64,000 bases of DNA from a virus. Shown here piece after piece: positions 36,476-45,652 of this stretch; position 1 is the stretch's first letter, and every line of letters starts with the position of its first letter. Made by a program: the position numbers and the translations under genes. The notes under the pieces are model-generated. The model ran no database searches. It saw only the letters and a list, made by a program, of their open reading frames with translations, and had not been told where the DNA came from. The stretch covers positions 60,741 to 124,740 of the IMG/VR virus record IMGVR_UViG_3300037245_001295; one strand, 5' to 3'.

Positions 36476-36672
36476 GCGAGCCCATCTTATGCCAACATGC
36501 TTACGCAGCAGCGATCGACGCTGGGCACGCCTTGCTGGATGAGGCGGTACGGGCCGACCAGTGCGGAGCGGCTATGTGGGCCTCAAAGTACCGAGCGGCT
36601 GCGAAAGACGAGTATCGCCGTGCCAAGGAGATCAAAGACGAACTGAAAGGAACCCCTTATGAGATTACCTGA
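36472..36672 (+). CDS. hypothetical protein
   Basis: ATGA overlap. Confidence 0.55.
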   Translation: MSEPILCQHAYAAAIDAGHALLDEAVRADQCGAAMWASKYRAAAKDEYRRAKEIKDELKGTPYEIT

Positions 36673-37669
36673 ATACCTCTCGCCGTCGTCCCTCACTCTG
36701 TGGGAGACGAACCGCGAAGACTATTACTTGAAGCATCTGGTCGCTGAGCGACCGCCTCGCACGCCACAGATGGACTACATGTCTATTGGCTCGGCCTTCG
36801 ACGCCTACGTCAAGGCCGCCCTCCATGAATCCCTCTATGGCAAAGGTGCCGATCCGCAGTTTGATCTGGCCGCACTCTTTGAGGAGCAGGTTGAGCCCCA
36901 TAACCGGGACTGGGCTTGGGAGGCGGGGAAGTATGCCTTTGAGGCCTACCTTCTCACAGGGTCTTATGGCGAGTTGCTGGCCATGCTTCTTAATAGTAGG
37001 GAGCCGCCCAAGTTTGAGTTCACAGTCCGAGGCGAAGTCAACGGCGTGCCCGTGATGGGTAAGCCAGACGCGCGGTTTGTCCATGAGTCAGGTGCTCATG
37101 TTATCCTTGACTGGAAGGTAAACGGCTTCTGCTCGAAGACAGGGGCCAGCCCCTACAAAGGGTTCAGGATCATACGCGACGGGTGGGGGCCTGAGACCGC
37201 GAAGCCTAGCAGAGGGGTTGGCAAAGCCCACAAGCTGTATGAGCCCATCACCCATGAAGGTATGGAAATCAGCGCACACTACATGGAAGAGACTAGCAAA
37301 GACTGGGCTGACCAATTGTCGATCTACGGATGGATGCTTGGGGAGGAAGTTGGGGCCGAGAATGTTGTGGTCTGTATCGACCAATTGGCGTGCAAGAACA
37401 ACGGCCAGTATCCGTTGATTCGGGTGGCAAATCATTGCTGTCGAATCTCAGAAACATGGCAGAAGAGTTTGGTCGAACGGTTGCGTAACTGTTGGACGGC
37501 TATTACGTCGGGGTATGTCTTCAATGACACCATGAGTCAAGAAGAGAGTGACGAACGGTGTGAGATTTTAGACATGCGGGCGTCGGCACACGGAGAAGCT
37601 GAACTAGGAGGAGTTGAAGCATGGGTATGCGAGATCGCCCGAGAGGCTACAGGATTCCGAAAGCGTTAA
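36659..37669 (+). CDS. PD-(D/E)XK exonuclease (RecB/Cas4-like superfamily)
   Basis: LSPSSL, GSAFD, GKPD, ILDWK, QLSIY. Confidence 0.82.
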   Translation: MRLPEYLSPSSLTLWETNREDYYLKHLVAERPPRTPQMDYMSIGSAFDAYVKAALHESLYGKGADPQFDLAALFEEQVEPHNRDWAWEAGKYAFEAYLLTGSYGELLAMLLNSREPPKFEFTVRGEVNGVPVMGKPDARFVHESGAHVILDWKVNGFCSKTGASPYKGFRIIRDGWGPETAKPSRGVGKAHKLYEPITHEGMEISAHYMEETSKDWADQLSIYGWMLGEEVGAENVVVCIDQLACKNNGQYPLIRVANHCCRISETWQKSLVERLRNCWTAITSGYVFNDTMSQEESDERCEILDMRASAHGEAELGGVEAWVCEIAREATGFRKR

Positions 37670-38154
37670 ACGTCCGCCCCGGCGGCGACCGTGACGTGAA
37701 TCTTGTCAAAGATTTGGATTTGAAATGTTATCACTATCCGTGGGGTCCAGATGACTGGGCCGCCACCGTAGGCGCTGACCCGGCAAAGTGGTGCATTGCC
37801 ACAATAAGGGATCGCCCTGTGGGCTTCGCGATATGGCGACAAGCAAAGGATACGGGCCTGTTAAACCGCATTGGCGTCCACCCGGACAGTCGGAAGCAAG
37901 GTATCGGAACTGAGATACTGAGGCATGTGCTTCGGTGCGTTCGTACTAGCGGCGCGAAGGAGCTAAGCCTGACGGTGCCTGAGATTAACTGCTTCCCTGG
38001 GCACCCTGATGATGTAAGTGCGTGGCTATTGACCCGAGGCTTCCGTGCCGCGCCGCCAATCGTCCATGAGTACGCCTACATGTACGGTCACTGGGTGGAT
38101 GGATTCTGTTTTGTCAAACAAATTAAGGGGAGTCGCAATGAGCCTGTTGTTTGA
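37621..38154 (+). CDS. GNAT acetyltransferase (RimI-like)
   Basis: RIGVHPDSRKQGIGTEIL motif A; start uncertain. Confidence 0.82.
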   Translation: MGMRDRPRGYRIPKALNVRPGGDRDVNLVKDLDLKCYHYPWGPDDWAATVGADPAKWCIATIRDRPVGFAIWRQAKDTGLLNRIGVHPDSRKQGIGTEILRHVLRCVRTSGAKELSLTVPEINCFPGHPDDVSAWLLTRGFRAAPPIVHEYAYMYGHWVDGFCFVKQIKGSRNEPVV

Positions 38155-38389
38155 AGCATGTATCGAACGAATTGCTAACGGCAAAGCTAGTGGGGAGCAT
38201 CTCGTCAAACTATTCGAGATTTTAGCGTCGGACGCTAAGAACTTGGACGAGACCGCTCTTAGTTTGGCTGTGTGCTATTTGGACCCTGATGACGATTACC
38301 CGGTGGAAGTGGTGGGGCAATACGTCCCTGAGCTACATCTAGTAGTGAGACGTATTGAACCCGATGACGTTGAGGATTCCGATGACTGA
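38138..38389 (+). CDS. acidic hypothetical protein
   Basis: GGGGAG RBS. Confidence 0.6.
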   Translation: MSLLFEACIERIANGKASGEHLVKLFEILASDAKNLDETALSLAVCYLDPDDDYPVEVVGQYVPELHLVVRRIEPDDVEDSDD

Positions 38390-38624
38390 GCAATTGAACC
38401 CGAAACTGAAACTAAGGGAGTTTCTACGATGCGTCAACTACCTTGGTCTCGTTTGTGACGGTGACCCGGACGTTGAATTTGAGATAAATGGCTCCAAAGT
38501 GGCCTTGGACAGTATGACTATGACGCTAGGTCCGTGCGACTTCGCTATCAAGCGAGGCGACTTACGGAAGATACCAGATTGGGATGAGACACTGTTAATT
38601 CGACTTGAGGCTAGAGATGGATAA
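38382..38624 (+). CDS. hypothetical protein
   Basis: GAGGA RBS, tight packing. Confidence 0.6.
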   Translation: MTEQLNPKLKLREFLRCVNYLGLVCDGDPDVEFEINGSKVALDSMTMTLGPCDFAIKRGDLRKIPDWDETLLIRLEARDG

Positions 38625-39039
38625 GAAACTGAAAGCGTGTTTGTATGTCGATGTATGCGGCGGTACGCCCTCCGAGAATCGGGCGAACGCCGGAGCCGCA
38701 TACACCGCGATGATCGAGTGGCTGACGCTGTACGTTGTCTCCTGCGATGTTCTAACGGGCATCCGACCGTTTCAACTCGGCTACCGCCCCTTCGACATCT
38801 ATCTAGTAGACATAGGGGGTTGCCCCCTACCCCTAAAACTCGACTTCATGTCCGAGGTGGGGGATACCGTGCGGTCGCGTCCGAGCCGCACGTACCTCTT
38901 TTGGACGGGCGAGAGTTGGGAGGCTTTTCAGGCCGCTAATCCCGATCTTAAAGACTGTTCCAATTGTATCAATTGCTGCGACGTGGATGTTTTTGAGAAA
39001 ATTGCCGAAATTCTGCTTGACAACGAGAAAGTAATGTGA
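38617..39039 (+). CDS. hypothetical protein, receiver-domain-like
   Basis: FDIYLVDIGG...YLFWTG resembles the beta3-Asp and beta4-Thr of CheY-like folds. Confidence 0.5.
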   Translation: MDKKLKACLYVDVCGGTPSENRANAGAAYTAMIEWLTLYVVSCDVLTGIRPFQLGYRPFDIYLVDIGGCPLPLKLDFMSEVGDTVRSRPSRTYLFWTGESWEAFQAANPDLKDCSNCINCCDVDVFEKIAEILLDNEKVM

Positions 39040-39055
39040 TATACTTGTAATAGAG
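39017..39055 (+). promoter_or_regulatory. sigma70-type phage promoter
   Basis: TTGACA-N17-TATACT-TGTAATAGAG. Confidence 0.85.
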
Positions 39056-39096
39056 CGGCACGGAGAAGGGCCGCGCACCTTTACTTGTGAGACAAC

Positions 39097-39861
39097 ATGC
39101 CTTACCGATTCGAGAGAATTGACACTGCGACGACGCCCGTTCAGCTTAGCGCCCTATTGCCTCTGATGGAGCGGCGGCAGTACGACATCACTCAGTACAT
39201 CGCAGTCCGGTGCTATGAAACGTCGGCGGGTCCGCCTATGTCTCGCGGCAAAGCGGCTCCATGGTATGATGACTTCAATCCAGATCAGCTATACCTGCCA
39301 TTCGAGGGGTTCCAGCCCGTCGAAGTGCAGTCGATCTACAATAACTTCTCACCTGAGATGGGCGACGGTTGGGTAATTTCCCACACACGCCACGGCTCTC
39401 GGCGGCACAGGGATATTTCGTTCCATGAGCGTCAGACATTCGCGCCTAATCGCATCCTGTCGTTGTCCGTGTTTAAGCGAGTGCAGGTCGATGGGGGCGC
39501 ACCTCGCCCTTTCGTTCGAGCCTCAGTAGATTCGCCGGCCTTTCGTTCAACGCAGAGGACTGGCGGAGCGCCTTCACCTGCCTCGCAAGAGCCTATAGCC
39601 CTGGCAATGCAGTCGGGAGTGCGGGACATATTAGCGGCTAACGTGGGGTCACTGGTCGCGATCAATGAGGATGTGGTGATGGACGAAGGCGGCATGTTCC
39701 ACACGCGCACGACAGGTAGGGCGGTTGCCAGACTTATTCGCGCCGACGTCAGTGCGGATCATGGCTACATCGAATTTACCCTCGAAGTACGGGGCCACCA
39801 GTCAATAGCAAGTATACGTGTGGCTTATCGTGAAGCAGTCCAATCGAGCATAAGGTGGTAG
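39097..39861 (+). CDS. hypothetical protein
   Basis: 254-aa ORF downstream of promoter. Confidence 0.7.
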   Translation: MPYRFERIDTATTPVQLSALLPLMERRQYDITQYIAVRCYETSAGPPMSRGKAAPWYDDFNPDQLYLPFEGFQPVEVQSIYNNFSPEMGDGWVISHTRHGSRRHRDISFHERQTFAPNRILSLSVFKRVQVDGGAPRPFVRASVDSPAFRSTQRTGGAPSPASQEPIALAMQSGVRDILAANVGSLVAINEDVVMDEGGMFHTRTTGRAVARLIRADVSADHGYIEFTLEVRGHQSIASIRVAYREAVQSSIRW

Positions 39862-39863
39862 AA

Positions 39864-40109
39864 ATGGCATTCGTAAATCAGTTTGGCAGTATCGACGATG
39901 ACCAGCAGAAGGCGTTCGAGAAATCCCTTGATTCTGATGTTGAGGCCTACTTGAATTCACTGATTGATAAAGGTGTGTCGCTGGCCGACGTTCGGCTCGC
40001 CGTTCACCACCTAATGGCTTCGATGTACATGGTAGAGGCGGGGGTTATCCTCCGCGAGCAGATCAAGGCCCGACGCGCAAAGCACTTTCCAAGTCAGGGT
40101 GAGAAATGA
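39864..40109 (+). CDS. hypothetical protein
   Basis: Tight packing. Confidence 0.6.
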   Translation: MAFVNQFGSIDDDQQKAFEKSLDSDVEAYLNSLIDKGVSLADVRLAVHHLMASMYMVEAGVILREQIKARRAKHFPSQGEK

Positions 40110-40846
40110 AGCTAATCAATGCCAAGTTCCAAGACGCGCTGCCCGAATCAGAGGGCTTCAAGATGATCTTCGCAGACCCGCCGGATAACATCGGCCTGGG
40201 CTACGGCGAGTGCGACGACGACGTGTCCCACCTAGAATACCGCAAGCTGTTGATCGACCTTCTGTGGGGTGCCAAAGACAAGTGCGACATTCTGTGGATG
40301 AGCTTCAATGCCCGTCACCTGCCAGTGATGGGACGCCTAGCTGACGATTTCTTGGCCGAAGGTGATTGGACGCTAAAACCCTGCGTACAGACTTTCACGT
40401 TCGGGCAGCACAATCAGCACGACCTTGGAAATAACTATCGTCCGCTGTGGCGGTTCATGCGGGATGGGACCGAGTTGTACCCCGACGCCGTGCGAGTACC
40501 ATCCTGGCGTCAGCTTCACGGCGACAAGCGGGCCGATCCGCGTGGTCGCGTGCCGGGCGACGTGTTCGACTTCCCACGGGTAACGGGCAACAGCAAGCAG
40601 CGGAGGAAGTGGCACCCCACACAGCTTCACGAAGGGCTCTACGAACGGTGCATCAGGCTAACTTGCGCCCCCGGCGACTCGGTCTGCGATATATTCGCTG
40701 GAACGGGTACGCTGGCGAGGGCCTGCCGTGTGACGTATAACCCCTGCACGCTAATCGAGATGGACAGAAACTATTGCAAAGCGATTGCAGAGGAACATGA
40801 ATTACTACGTGTGAGTGACACAGAGTGGACCACCCACACAACTTAA
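40106..40846 (+). CDS. N4-cytosine/N6-adenine DNA methyltransferase (beta class)
   Basis: FADPPDNIG (motif IV variant), HPTQ, DIFAGTGT (motif I). Confidence 0.85.
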   Translation: MKLINAKFQDALPESEGFKMIFADPPDNIGLGYGECDDDVSHLEYRKLLIDLLWGAKDKCDILWMSFNARHLPVMGRLADDFLAEGDWTLKPCVQTFTFGQHNQHDLGNNYRPLWRFMRDGTELYPDAVRVPSWRQLHGDKRADPRGRVPGDVFDFPRVTGNSKQRRKWHPTQLHEGLYERCIRLTCAPGDSVCDIFAGTGTLARACRVTYNPCTLIEMDRNYCKAIAEEHELLRVSDTEWTTHTT

Positions 40847-40865
40847 CACCCTGAGGAGAATGTCA

Positions 40866-41111
40866 ATGGAGAACCCGAAAGACTTTATGGGCCGAGAAAT
40901 CAAGGAAGGTGTCACGTTGGTGTACCCCGTGAGGCGTATGTCGGACATGTGGTTGAAGAAGATCACGGTGACACGGATCATCGAGACTAGCCGCCGCGCC
41001 CGTGGCAAACCCAAGCCGGAGACAGTGACGGCCATCATCGGCCTGAACCCAGAGGGCCGGAGAGTCACGTTGACTAAGGCCGACCGTTGCGTCATTGTGG
41101 AGGAGAACTGA
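40866..41111 (+). CDS. hypothetical protein (SH3-like)
   Basis: KDFMGREIKEG..LVY N-terminus. Confidence 0.6.
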   Translation: MENPKDFMGREIKEGVTLVYPVRRMSDMWLKKITVTRIIETSRRARGKPKPETVTAIIGLNPEGRRVTLTKADRCVIVEEN

Positions 41112-41112
41112 G

Positions 41113-41340
41113 ATGCCGAACTACGAGTACAAGTGTGATGCGTGTGGCCACGACTTTGAAGCCCTGCTGGTCAGTGTGGCCGAAGGTGCCGCCATCGAGC
41201 GTAAGGCTTGCCCCGAGTGTAAGAAACGTAAAGTGCGGCGTCTGATCGGCTCCCCGGCCGTCCACATGCGATACTCCCTCATGCACCCCCGCCACATGCG
41301 GGGTCAGAAGGGCCGTCCCAAGAAGAAGGGTACGAAATGA
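41113..41340 (+). CDS. FmdB-family zinc ribbon protein
   Basis: MPNYEYKCDACGHDFE...CPEC..VRRLI. Confidence 0.85.
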   Translation: MPNYEYKCDACGHDFEALLVSVAEGAAIERKACPECKKRKVRRLIGSPAVHMRYSLMHPRHMRGQKGRPKKKGTK

Positions 41341-41624
41341 ATTGGCGTAGGATTCACAAGGGCGGAGATGACCCAAAACACCGAAAAGAGTGGGTGGGCG
41401 GCCGTGGTCGCTACAGGATCATCTGGCGCGATCGCGTCTATGAAGTCAATGTGCCGCCAGCCTTCCAAATAACCATCCTAACGAGAATCGACGACCGAGA
41501 TTATTGGGAGTTGCTGGACAGAAAGAGGCCGTTGAAACGAACCTTGAAAGCGGCCAAACGCGCTTGTGAGAATCACGCTAACCCCCCGAAGCCACGTAAG
41601 AAGAGGAAGAAGAAGCATGTGTAA
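41337..41624 (+). CDS. basic hypothetical protein
   Basis: ATGA overlap. Confidence 0.6.
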   Translation: MNWRRIHKGGDDPKHRKEWVGGRGRYRIIWRDRVYEVNVPPAFQITILTRIDDRDYWELLDRKRPLKRTLKAAKRACENHANPPKPRKKRKKKHV

Positions 41625-42297
41625 ATACTCCCGATCCCAAGTTGCGGCGGCCGTCGATTTGGCCGTGCTGATGCCTATCCACACGTCGGTTGACGTGTCC
41701 CTTTGCTGCCAGAAAGCTATCCGCTTCGGGTGTGCATCCGTCTGCGTGCAGCCTTACCACGTCCCCATCGCCGCCCGTCTTCTGGAAGACTACCCCGTTG
41801 GCGTTGGCACGGTAGTTGGGTTCCCCCACGGTTCGGAGTCACCTGACATTAAGGAACAAGCCTGCATTAACTCACTCGATTGTGGGGCGACGGAAATTGA
41901 TATGGTCTTGAATATCGCCGCCATGCTAGACGGCGATTGGGAAACCATTGAGGCCGAAATTGAGTCGGCGGTTAGAGTTTGCCATGATGACGGCGCTTCG
42001 CTAAAGGTGATTCTTGAAACCTGCTACCTCAAGGATCGGTATATCGGCTATGCCTGTGCCTATGCGGCAAAGCTGGGCGCGGACTTCGTCAAGACTTCGA
42101 CCGGCTACGGCCCTGGCGGGGCTACGCCTGAGGCGGTGAAGATCATGCTGGAAGTGGTCGAAGGCCAGTGCCAAGTCAAGGCCAGCGGCGGCATCAAGAC
42201 CTATGTGGACGCAGAGCTTTACCTGGACCTGGGCTGCACACGCCTGGGGTCGTCCAGGATCGAGGAACTAATGCCCTGCCGAAGGTGCGAACAATGA
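41617..42297 (+). CDS. deoC: deoxyribose-phosphate aldolase
   Basis: TVVGFPHG, EIDMV, LKVILET, ADFVKTSTG, VKASGGI, RLGSS. Confidence 0.95.
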   Translation: MCKYSRSQVAAAVDLAVLMPIHTSVDVSLCCQKAIRFGCASVCVQPYHVPIAARLLEDYPVGVGTVVGFPHGSESPDIKEQACINSLDCGATEIDMVLNIAAMLDGDWETIEAEIESAVRVCHDDGASLKVILETCYLKDRYIGYACAYAAKLGADFVKTSTGYGPGGATPEAVKIMLEVVEGQCQVKASGGIKTYVDAELYLDLGCTRLGSSRIEELMPCRRCEQ

Positions 42298-42758
42298 ACA
42301 CGTACACGCTCTACATGGCGGGACCGGTGAAGGGTCTGGCTTATGGCCCGGCGACCGACTGGCGGCACTGGCTGGCAGACAAGCTGGCAGACTACAACGT
42401 CGAGTGCCTCGACCCTTTGCGGGGCAAGGACGAGTTGCAAGGCGAGACGAGCATTGATCGCATCGAGTACGATACTCCTCTGTCCTGCCCGAAAGGCATC
42501 TATGTGCGTGACCGGTTCGACGCCTTGCGATGCGACTTGTTACTGGTAAACCTGCGAGACGCGGAGAAGCCTAGCCTTGGCTCAGTGATGGAGATTGCGT
42601 GGGCAGACGCGCTCCACAAGCCGATCATCCTTGTGATGGAGCCGGGGAACGTACATGAACACGCTATGGTCTTGGGAGCCTGCGGCTTCCGGGCACAGTG
42701 TCTCGAAGAGGCTGCGGCAATCGCCGTCGCTGTTCTTAACTTGAAGAAAGGTGATTGA
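42294..42758 (+). CDS. nucleoside 2-deoxyribosyltransferase / nucleotide N-glycosidase-like
   Basis: LYMAGP, RD...CDLLLV, SLGSVMEIAWA...KPII. Confidence 0.85.
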   Translation: MNTYTLYMAGPVKGLAYGPATDWRHWLADKLADYNVECLDPLRGKDELQGETSIDRIEYDTPLSCPKGIYVRDRFDALRCDLLLVNLRDAEKPSLGSVMEIAWADALHKPIILVMEPGNVHEHAMVLGACGFRAQCLEEAAAIAVAVLNLKKGD

Positions 42759-43341
42759 CATGACGAATCGACTACTCCAGACCCGAGGATACCTGTGTGG
42801 TGCAATGGACCGCGTAGCGGACGGCGGGGAGGGTTGGCGTATCAACTTGCAGCAACGCCTTGCCGACCTTGGCGTCTACTGGCTGGACCCCACACACAAG
42901 CCGATTGATATTGGTATTGAAGACGCCGACAACCGCGCCGAAGTGGAGCGGCTCAAGGGGTGTGGACTCTTTGAGGAAGCCGGTGAGGCCTACAAGTCGG
43001 TAAGGCACGTCGATCTGCGGATGGTCGATATTTCTGACTTCCTTGTCGTGAACATTGACCTTGACGTACATGCTTGCGGCACGTATGAGGAATCATTCCT
43101 TGCCAACCGGCAGAAGAAACCCGTCATCCTCCACATAGAGCAGGGGAAGGAACACACGCCAAACTGGCTGCTGGCCACGTTCCCACACCAGATGATCTTC
43201 TCTACCTGGGATGATTTGGCCTTCTACCTGAGGCACGTCGCCACGGCGAAAAACGTGGAGACTTACAACCGGTGGGCATTCTTTGACTTTACTATGTGCC
43301 GACGCTTTGGCTCGCCCAAGATGGGCGCTAACGGACTTTGA
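42751..43341 (+). CDS. second nucleoside 2-deoxyribosyltransferase-like protein
   Basis: YLCGAM, DLRMVDISDFLVV, GTYEE...KKPV; ATG 42760 is an alternative start. Confidence 0.8.
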   Translation: MIDMTNRLLQTRGYLCGAMDRVADGGEGWRINLQQRLADLGVYWLDPTHKPIDIGIEDADNRAEVERLKGCGLFEEAGEAYKSVRHVDLRMVDISDFLVVNIDLDVHACGTYEESFLANRQKKPVILHIEQGKEHTPNWLLATFPHQMIFSTWDDLAFYLRHVATAKNVETYNRWAFFDFTMCRRFGSPKMGANGL

Positions 43342-43679
43342 TAACACGAACGGAGATTGACATGTTGACTATCACTATTCCTACACCGGGAGATGAGGCC
43401 GTATTCCTGGACATTGACGTAACCTACGACGTAATCGCCACGTCTGGGCCACCGGAGCCGCCCTTGGACACTGTTCTTACCGGGTGGTCTTTTGTTGAGT
43501 GCTGGAGGCTCGACCCGGATGCCGAGAGTGGTATGTCGGTCGTGGAACTGGCGAACGCTTTGGGAGAACTCCCGCCCCGGTACATTCAGTACCTAGACAA
43601 GTACGTCGGGGACAATTTCCTGGTGATCCAGAAAAATTGCCGAGATTTTGAGTTGACTCGGTCAGATTGTGTGGTATAA
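43338..43679 (+). CDS. hypothetical protein
   Basis: Fills the gap up to the promoter; ATG 43362 is an alternative start. Confidence 0.55.
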   Translation: MITRTEIDMLTITIPTPGDEAVFLDIDVTYDVIATSGPPEPPLDTVLTGWSFVECWRLDPDAESGMSVVELANALGELPPRYIQYLDKYVGDNFLVIQKNCRDFELTRSDCVV

Positions 43680-43680
43680 T
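43653..43680 (+). promoter_or_regulatory. sigma70-type phage promoter
   Basis: TTGACT-N16-TATAAT. Confidence 0.8.
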
Positions 43681-43723
43681 TTAGTAATGGCAGACAGCTA
43701 GTCACCTAGTCGGGAGTTCACAG

Positions 43724-43993
43724 ATGGCGAAGAAGGTCGAGACACTGAGGCGTTTTGGGCACAAGGGGCAGTTCGTGCAGTATCCGTCCAACTGGCGACC
43801 TCAGATGCGGCACACGGGCAAACGCCGCTTCGACACCTATTGTGACCTCATTGTAGGCCAATGCGCCTGCGGCGACCGGCACACGGAAGAGGATGACTGG
43901 ATCACAGAACAATTAGAACACAACAATCAGCAGATCGAGACCCATGCGGACTGGCTAAAACGCGCCCGCGAATCGGCCGCCGCTGCGGTATAA
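43724..43993 (+). CDS. hypothetical protein
   Basis: GGGAG RBS; CD...G.CACG..H motif. Confidence 0.7.
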   Translation: MAKKVETLRRFGHKGQFVQYPSNWRPQMRHTGKRRFDTYCDLIVGQCACGDRHTEEDDWITEQLEHNNQQIETHADWLKRARESAAAAV

Positions 43994-44080
43994 TTCACAG
44001 AACGTGGCCGTCTACCCCGCACGCCAAGGGGAAACATGGGCCGGGAAATGAGGCGGACGGTGGCGTCGGCTGCCACAACT

Positions 44081-44112
44081 CGACGGCCGGTATCACCCGG
44101 CCGTCGTCTTTT
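44081..44112 (+). terminator. rho-independent terminator
   Basis: cgacggccgg/ccggccgtcg 10-bp stem followed by tctttt. Confidence 0.75.
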
Positions 44113-44126
44113 CGTAGAGTCATACC

Positions 44127-44441
44127 ATGCAAAAACTTTCATTCTTTGGCCAGTTCATCTTGGACAATCCCGGCTATCTGAGCATGGTGTCGCTACACCC
44201 CAAATTCACGCACACGATGACGGTGGCCCGGTACAGGTGGGGTTATGCCATTGAGACCGATTCTGTGGACGAGGATGGTATTGTCACGTTGGAATTTCTA
44301 ACCAGTTTGGACGGCATTGTGGCCCTACTGGTACACCGAGAACGGCAAGGGGACTGTCACGATGAGATGCGGTCGTATCGGCGCGACAGCGAATACCCAG
44401 TCGGAAATAAAGTATACCTGAAAGGGAAGGTACCATGTTGA
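44127..44441 (+). CDS. hypothetical protein
   Basis: ORF after terminator. Confidence 0.55.
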   Translation: MQKLSFFGQFILDNPGYLSMVSLHPKFTHTMTVARYRWGYAIETDSVDEDGIVTLEFLTSLDGIVALLVHRERQGDCHDEMRSYRRDSEYPVGNKVYLKGKVPC

Positions 44442-44839
44442 GATTGATGGCGACGTTTTTTGCAGACCTCAAAGGTCTAGTGAGTGAAGTCACACGGGCG
44501 GTCATCGTGCGGCGATTCTGCAACCTAATGACCAGTACCCTAAGTACCGAAGGGAAGAATCCCCGGAAGCTATGGATCGAGCGAGATCAGGGCCGGTTCA
44601 TACGGGAGACAGGGATTACGGACACTATTCCGAAAATTCCGAATGTGTCGGTAGCAGCCGTCAACGAGTGGGCCGACAAGTGGCTGCACGTCGATGCGTT
44701 CCGTTTGAAGGGCGCGGAAGCGGCCGAGTGGCGGACAATCACGCCTGAGCAGAACGCCCTCCGGGTTACGATGATCCAAGACCTGAAAAATATGCAAGAA
44801 AAGGATTTGACAAGCGGTAAAAAGGGTGGTATTATTTAG
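44435..44839 (+). CDS. hypothetical protein
   Basis: Overlap coupling. Confidence 0.6.
   Translation: MLRLMATFFADLKGLVSEVTRAVIVRRFCNLMTSTLSTEGKNPRKLWIERDQGRFIRETGITDTIPKIPNVSVAAVNEWADKWLHVDAFRLKGAEAAEWRTITPEQNALRVTMIQDLKNMQEKDLTSGKKGGII
44807..44835 (+). promoter_or_regulatory. sigma70-type phage promoter
   Basis: TTGACA-N17-TATTAT, then AGAGGA and ATG 44856. Confidence 0.75.
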
Positions 44840-44855
44840 GTAGAGGAAACGAACA

Positions 44856-45290
44856 ATGACTACCACCGCCTTAGTGCCATTTGATATGTACGCGAACAAA
44901 TCCTTACTAGACCTCAGTGAGTACGGACCCTACCTATTGGTGGACCGGGAGATGGCGGCCATCAAGTCCACCGTCAAGGGCATTTGCATCGAAGGCGCCT
45001 TGAGCATTCTCGATGTATTCGGGTACAGAGGCACACACATTCATTACAGCAACAATCGGTGGGTAGCTGAAGACCTCGCGAACGAGCGATACTTCCCCGA
45101 ATGCCAAGGCCGTATGGCTCACGAGACCCCTGTGTTTTGGTTCTGGGGCGGGCCGCCGAATAAACTGAAGTGGTATCAAGGCATGTTGCAAACGCTTTTG
45201 GAGGATAGAATCCTCTGCGAGATTGTGGAGAGAGGTACGAAGGAAGTGGCCAAGTGGATTGGAACCGACCTTACTGAGGTGACGCAATGA
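44856..45290 (+). CDS. 'GGP family' protein 1
   Basis: FWGGPPNKLKWYQGMLQTLLEDRIL. Confidence 0.78.
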   Translation: MTTTALVPFDMYANKSLLDLSEYGPYLLVDREMAAIKSTVKGICIEGALSILDVFGYRGTHIHYSNNRWVAEDLANERYFPECQGRMAHETPVFWFWGGPPNKLKWYQGMLQTLLEDRILCEIVERGTKEVAKWIGTDLTEVTQ

Positions 45291-45652
45291 CTACATCCGT
45301 AAAAGATTTGCTCCCGGGTGACGCTGAGCTTATCTATGATGCTCTGCGACACTTGACCGTGGGCCGCGTGGTGAACTTCCTTAACTACACCTTCGATTCG
45401 TGTGACCACGAGATTCTCGACCTAGCGGAGGGGCGGGCGAAGTGGGCGACTACACCTATGGAATACGCCACTCATAGCAGTGCGGTGTTGGCGTCAGACA
45501 CTTGTATCGTGTTTTTCGGCGGCCCGCCTAGCGAAGGCGAGTGGTATCCGGGCTCGCTTCTGGCAATGCTGGTTGACCGCCTGATGTACAATCGCGCGAT
45601 CGGCAACACGGAAGTCGTGCGACGATTCATGGGGGCTATGGCCAATGCTTAA
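45287..45652 (+). CDS. 'GGP family' protein 2
   Basis: FFGGPPSEGEWYPGSLLAMLVDRLM. Confidence 0.78.
   Translation: MTTSVKDLLPGDAELIYDALRHLTVGRVVNFLNYTFDSCDHEILDLAEGRAKWATTPMEYATHSSAVLASDTCIVFFGGPPSEGEWYPGSLLAMLVDRLMYNRAIGNTEVVRRFMGAMANA

Noticed and set aside
36659-37669. Cas4/CRISPR system
   Set aside because: Generic PD-(D/E)XK nuclease; no array or other cas genes in the window
41804-41820. Additional sigma54-like sites (also ~3703)
   Set aside because: Inside coding sequence and the -12 element reads TTGG rather than TTGC
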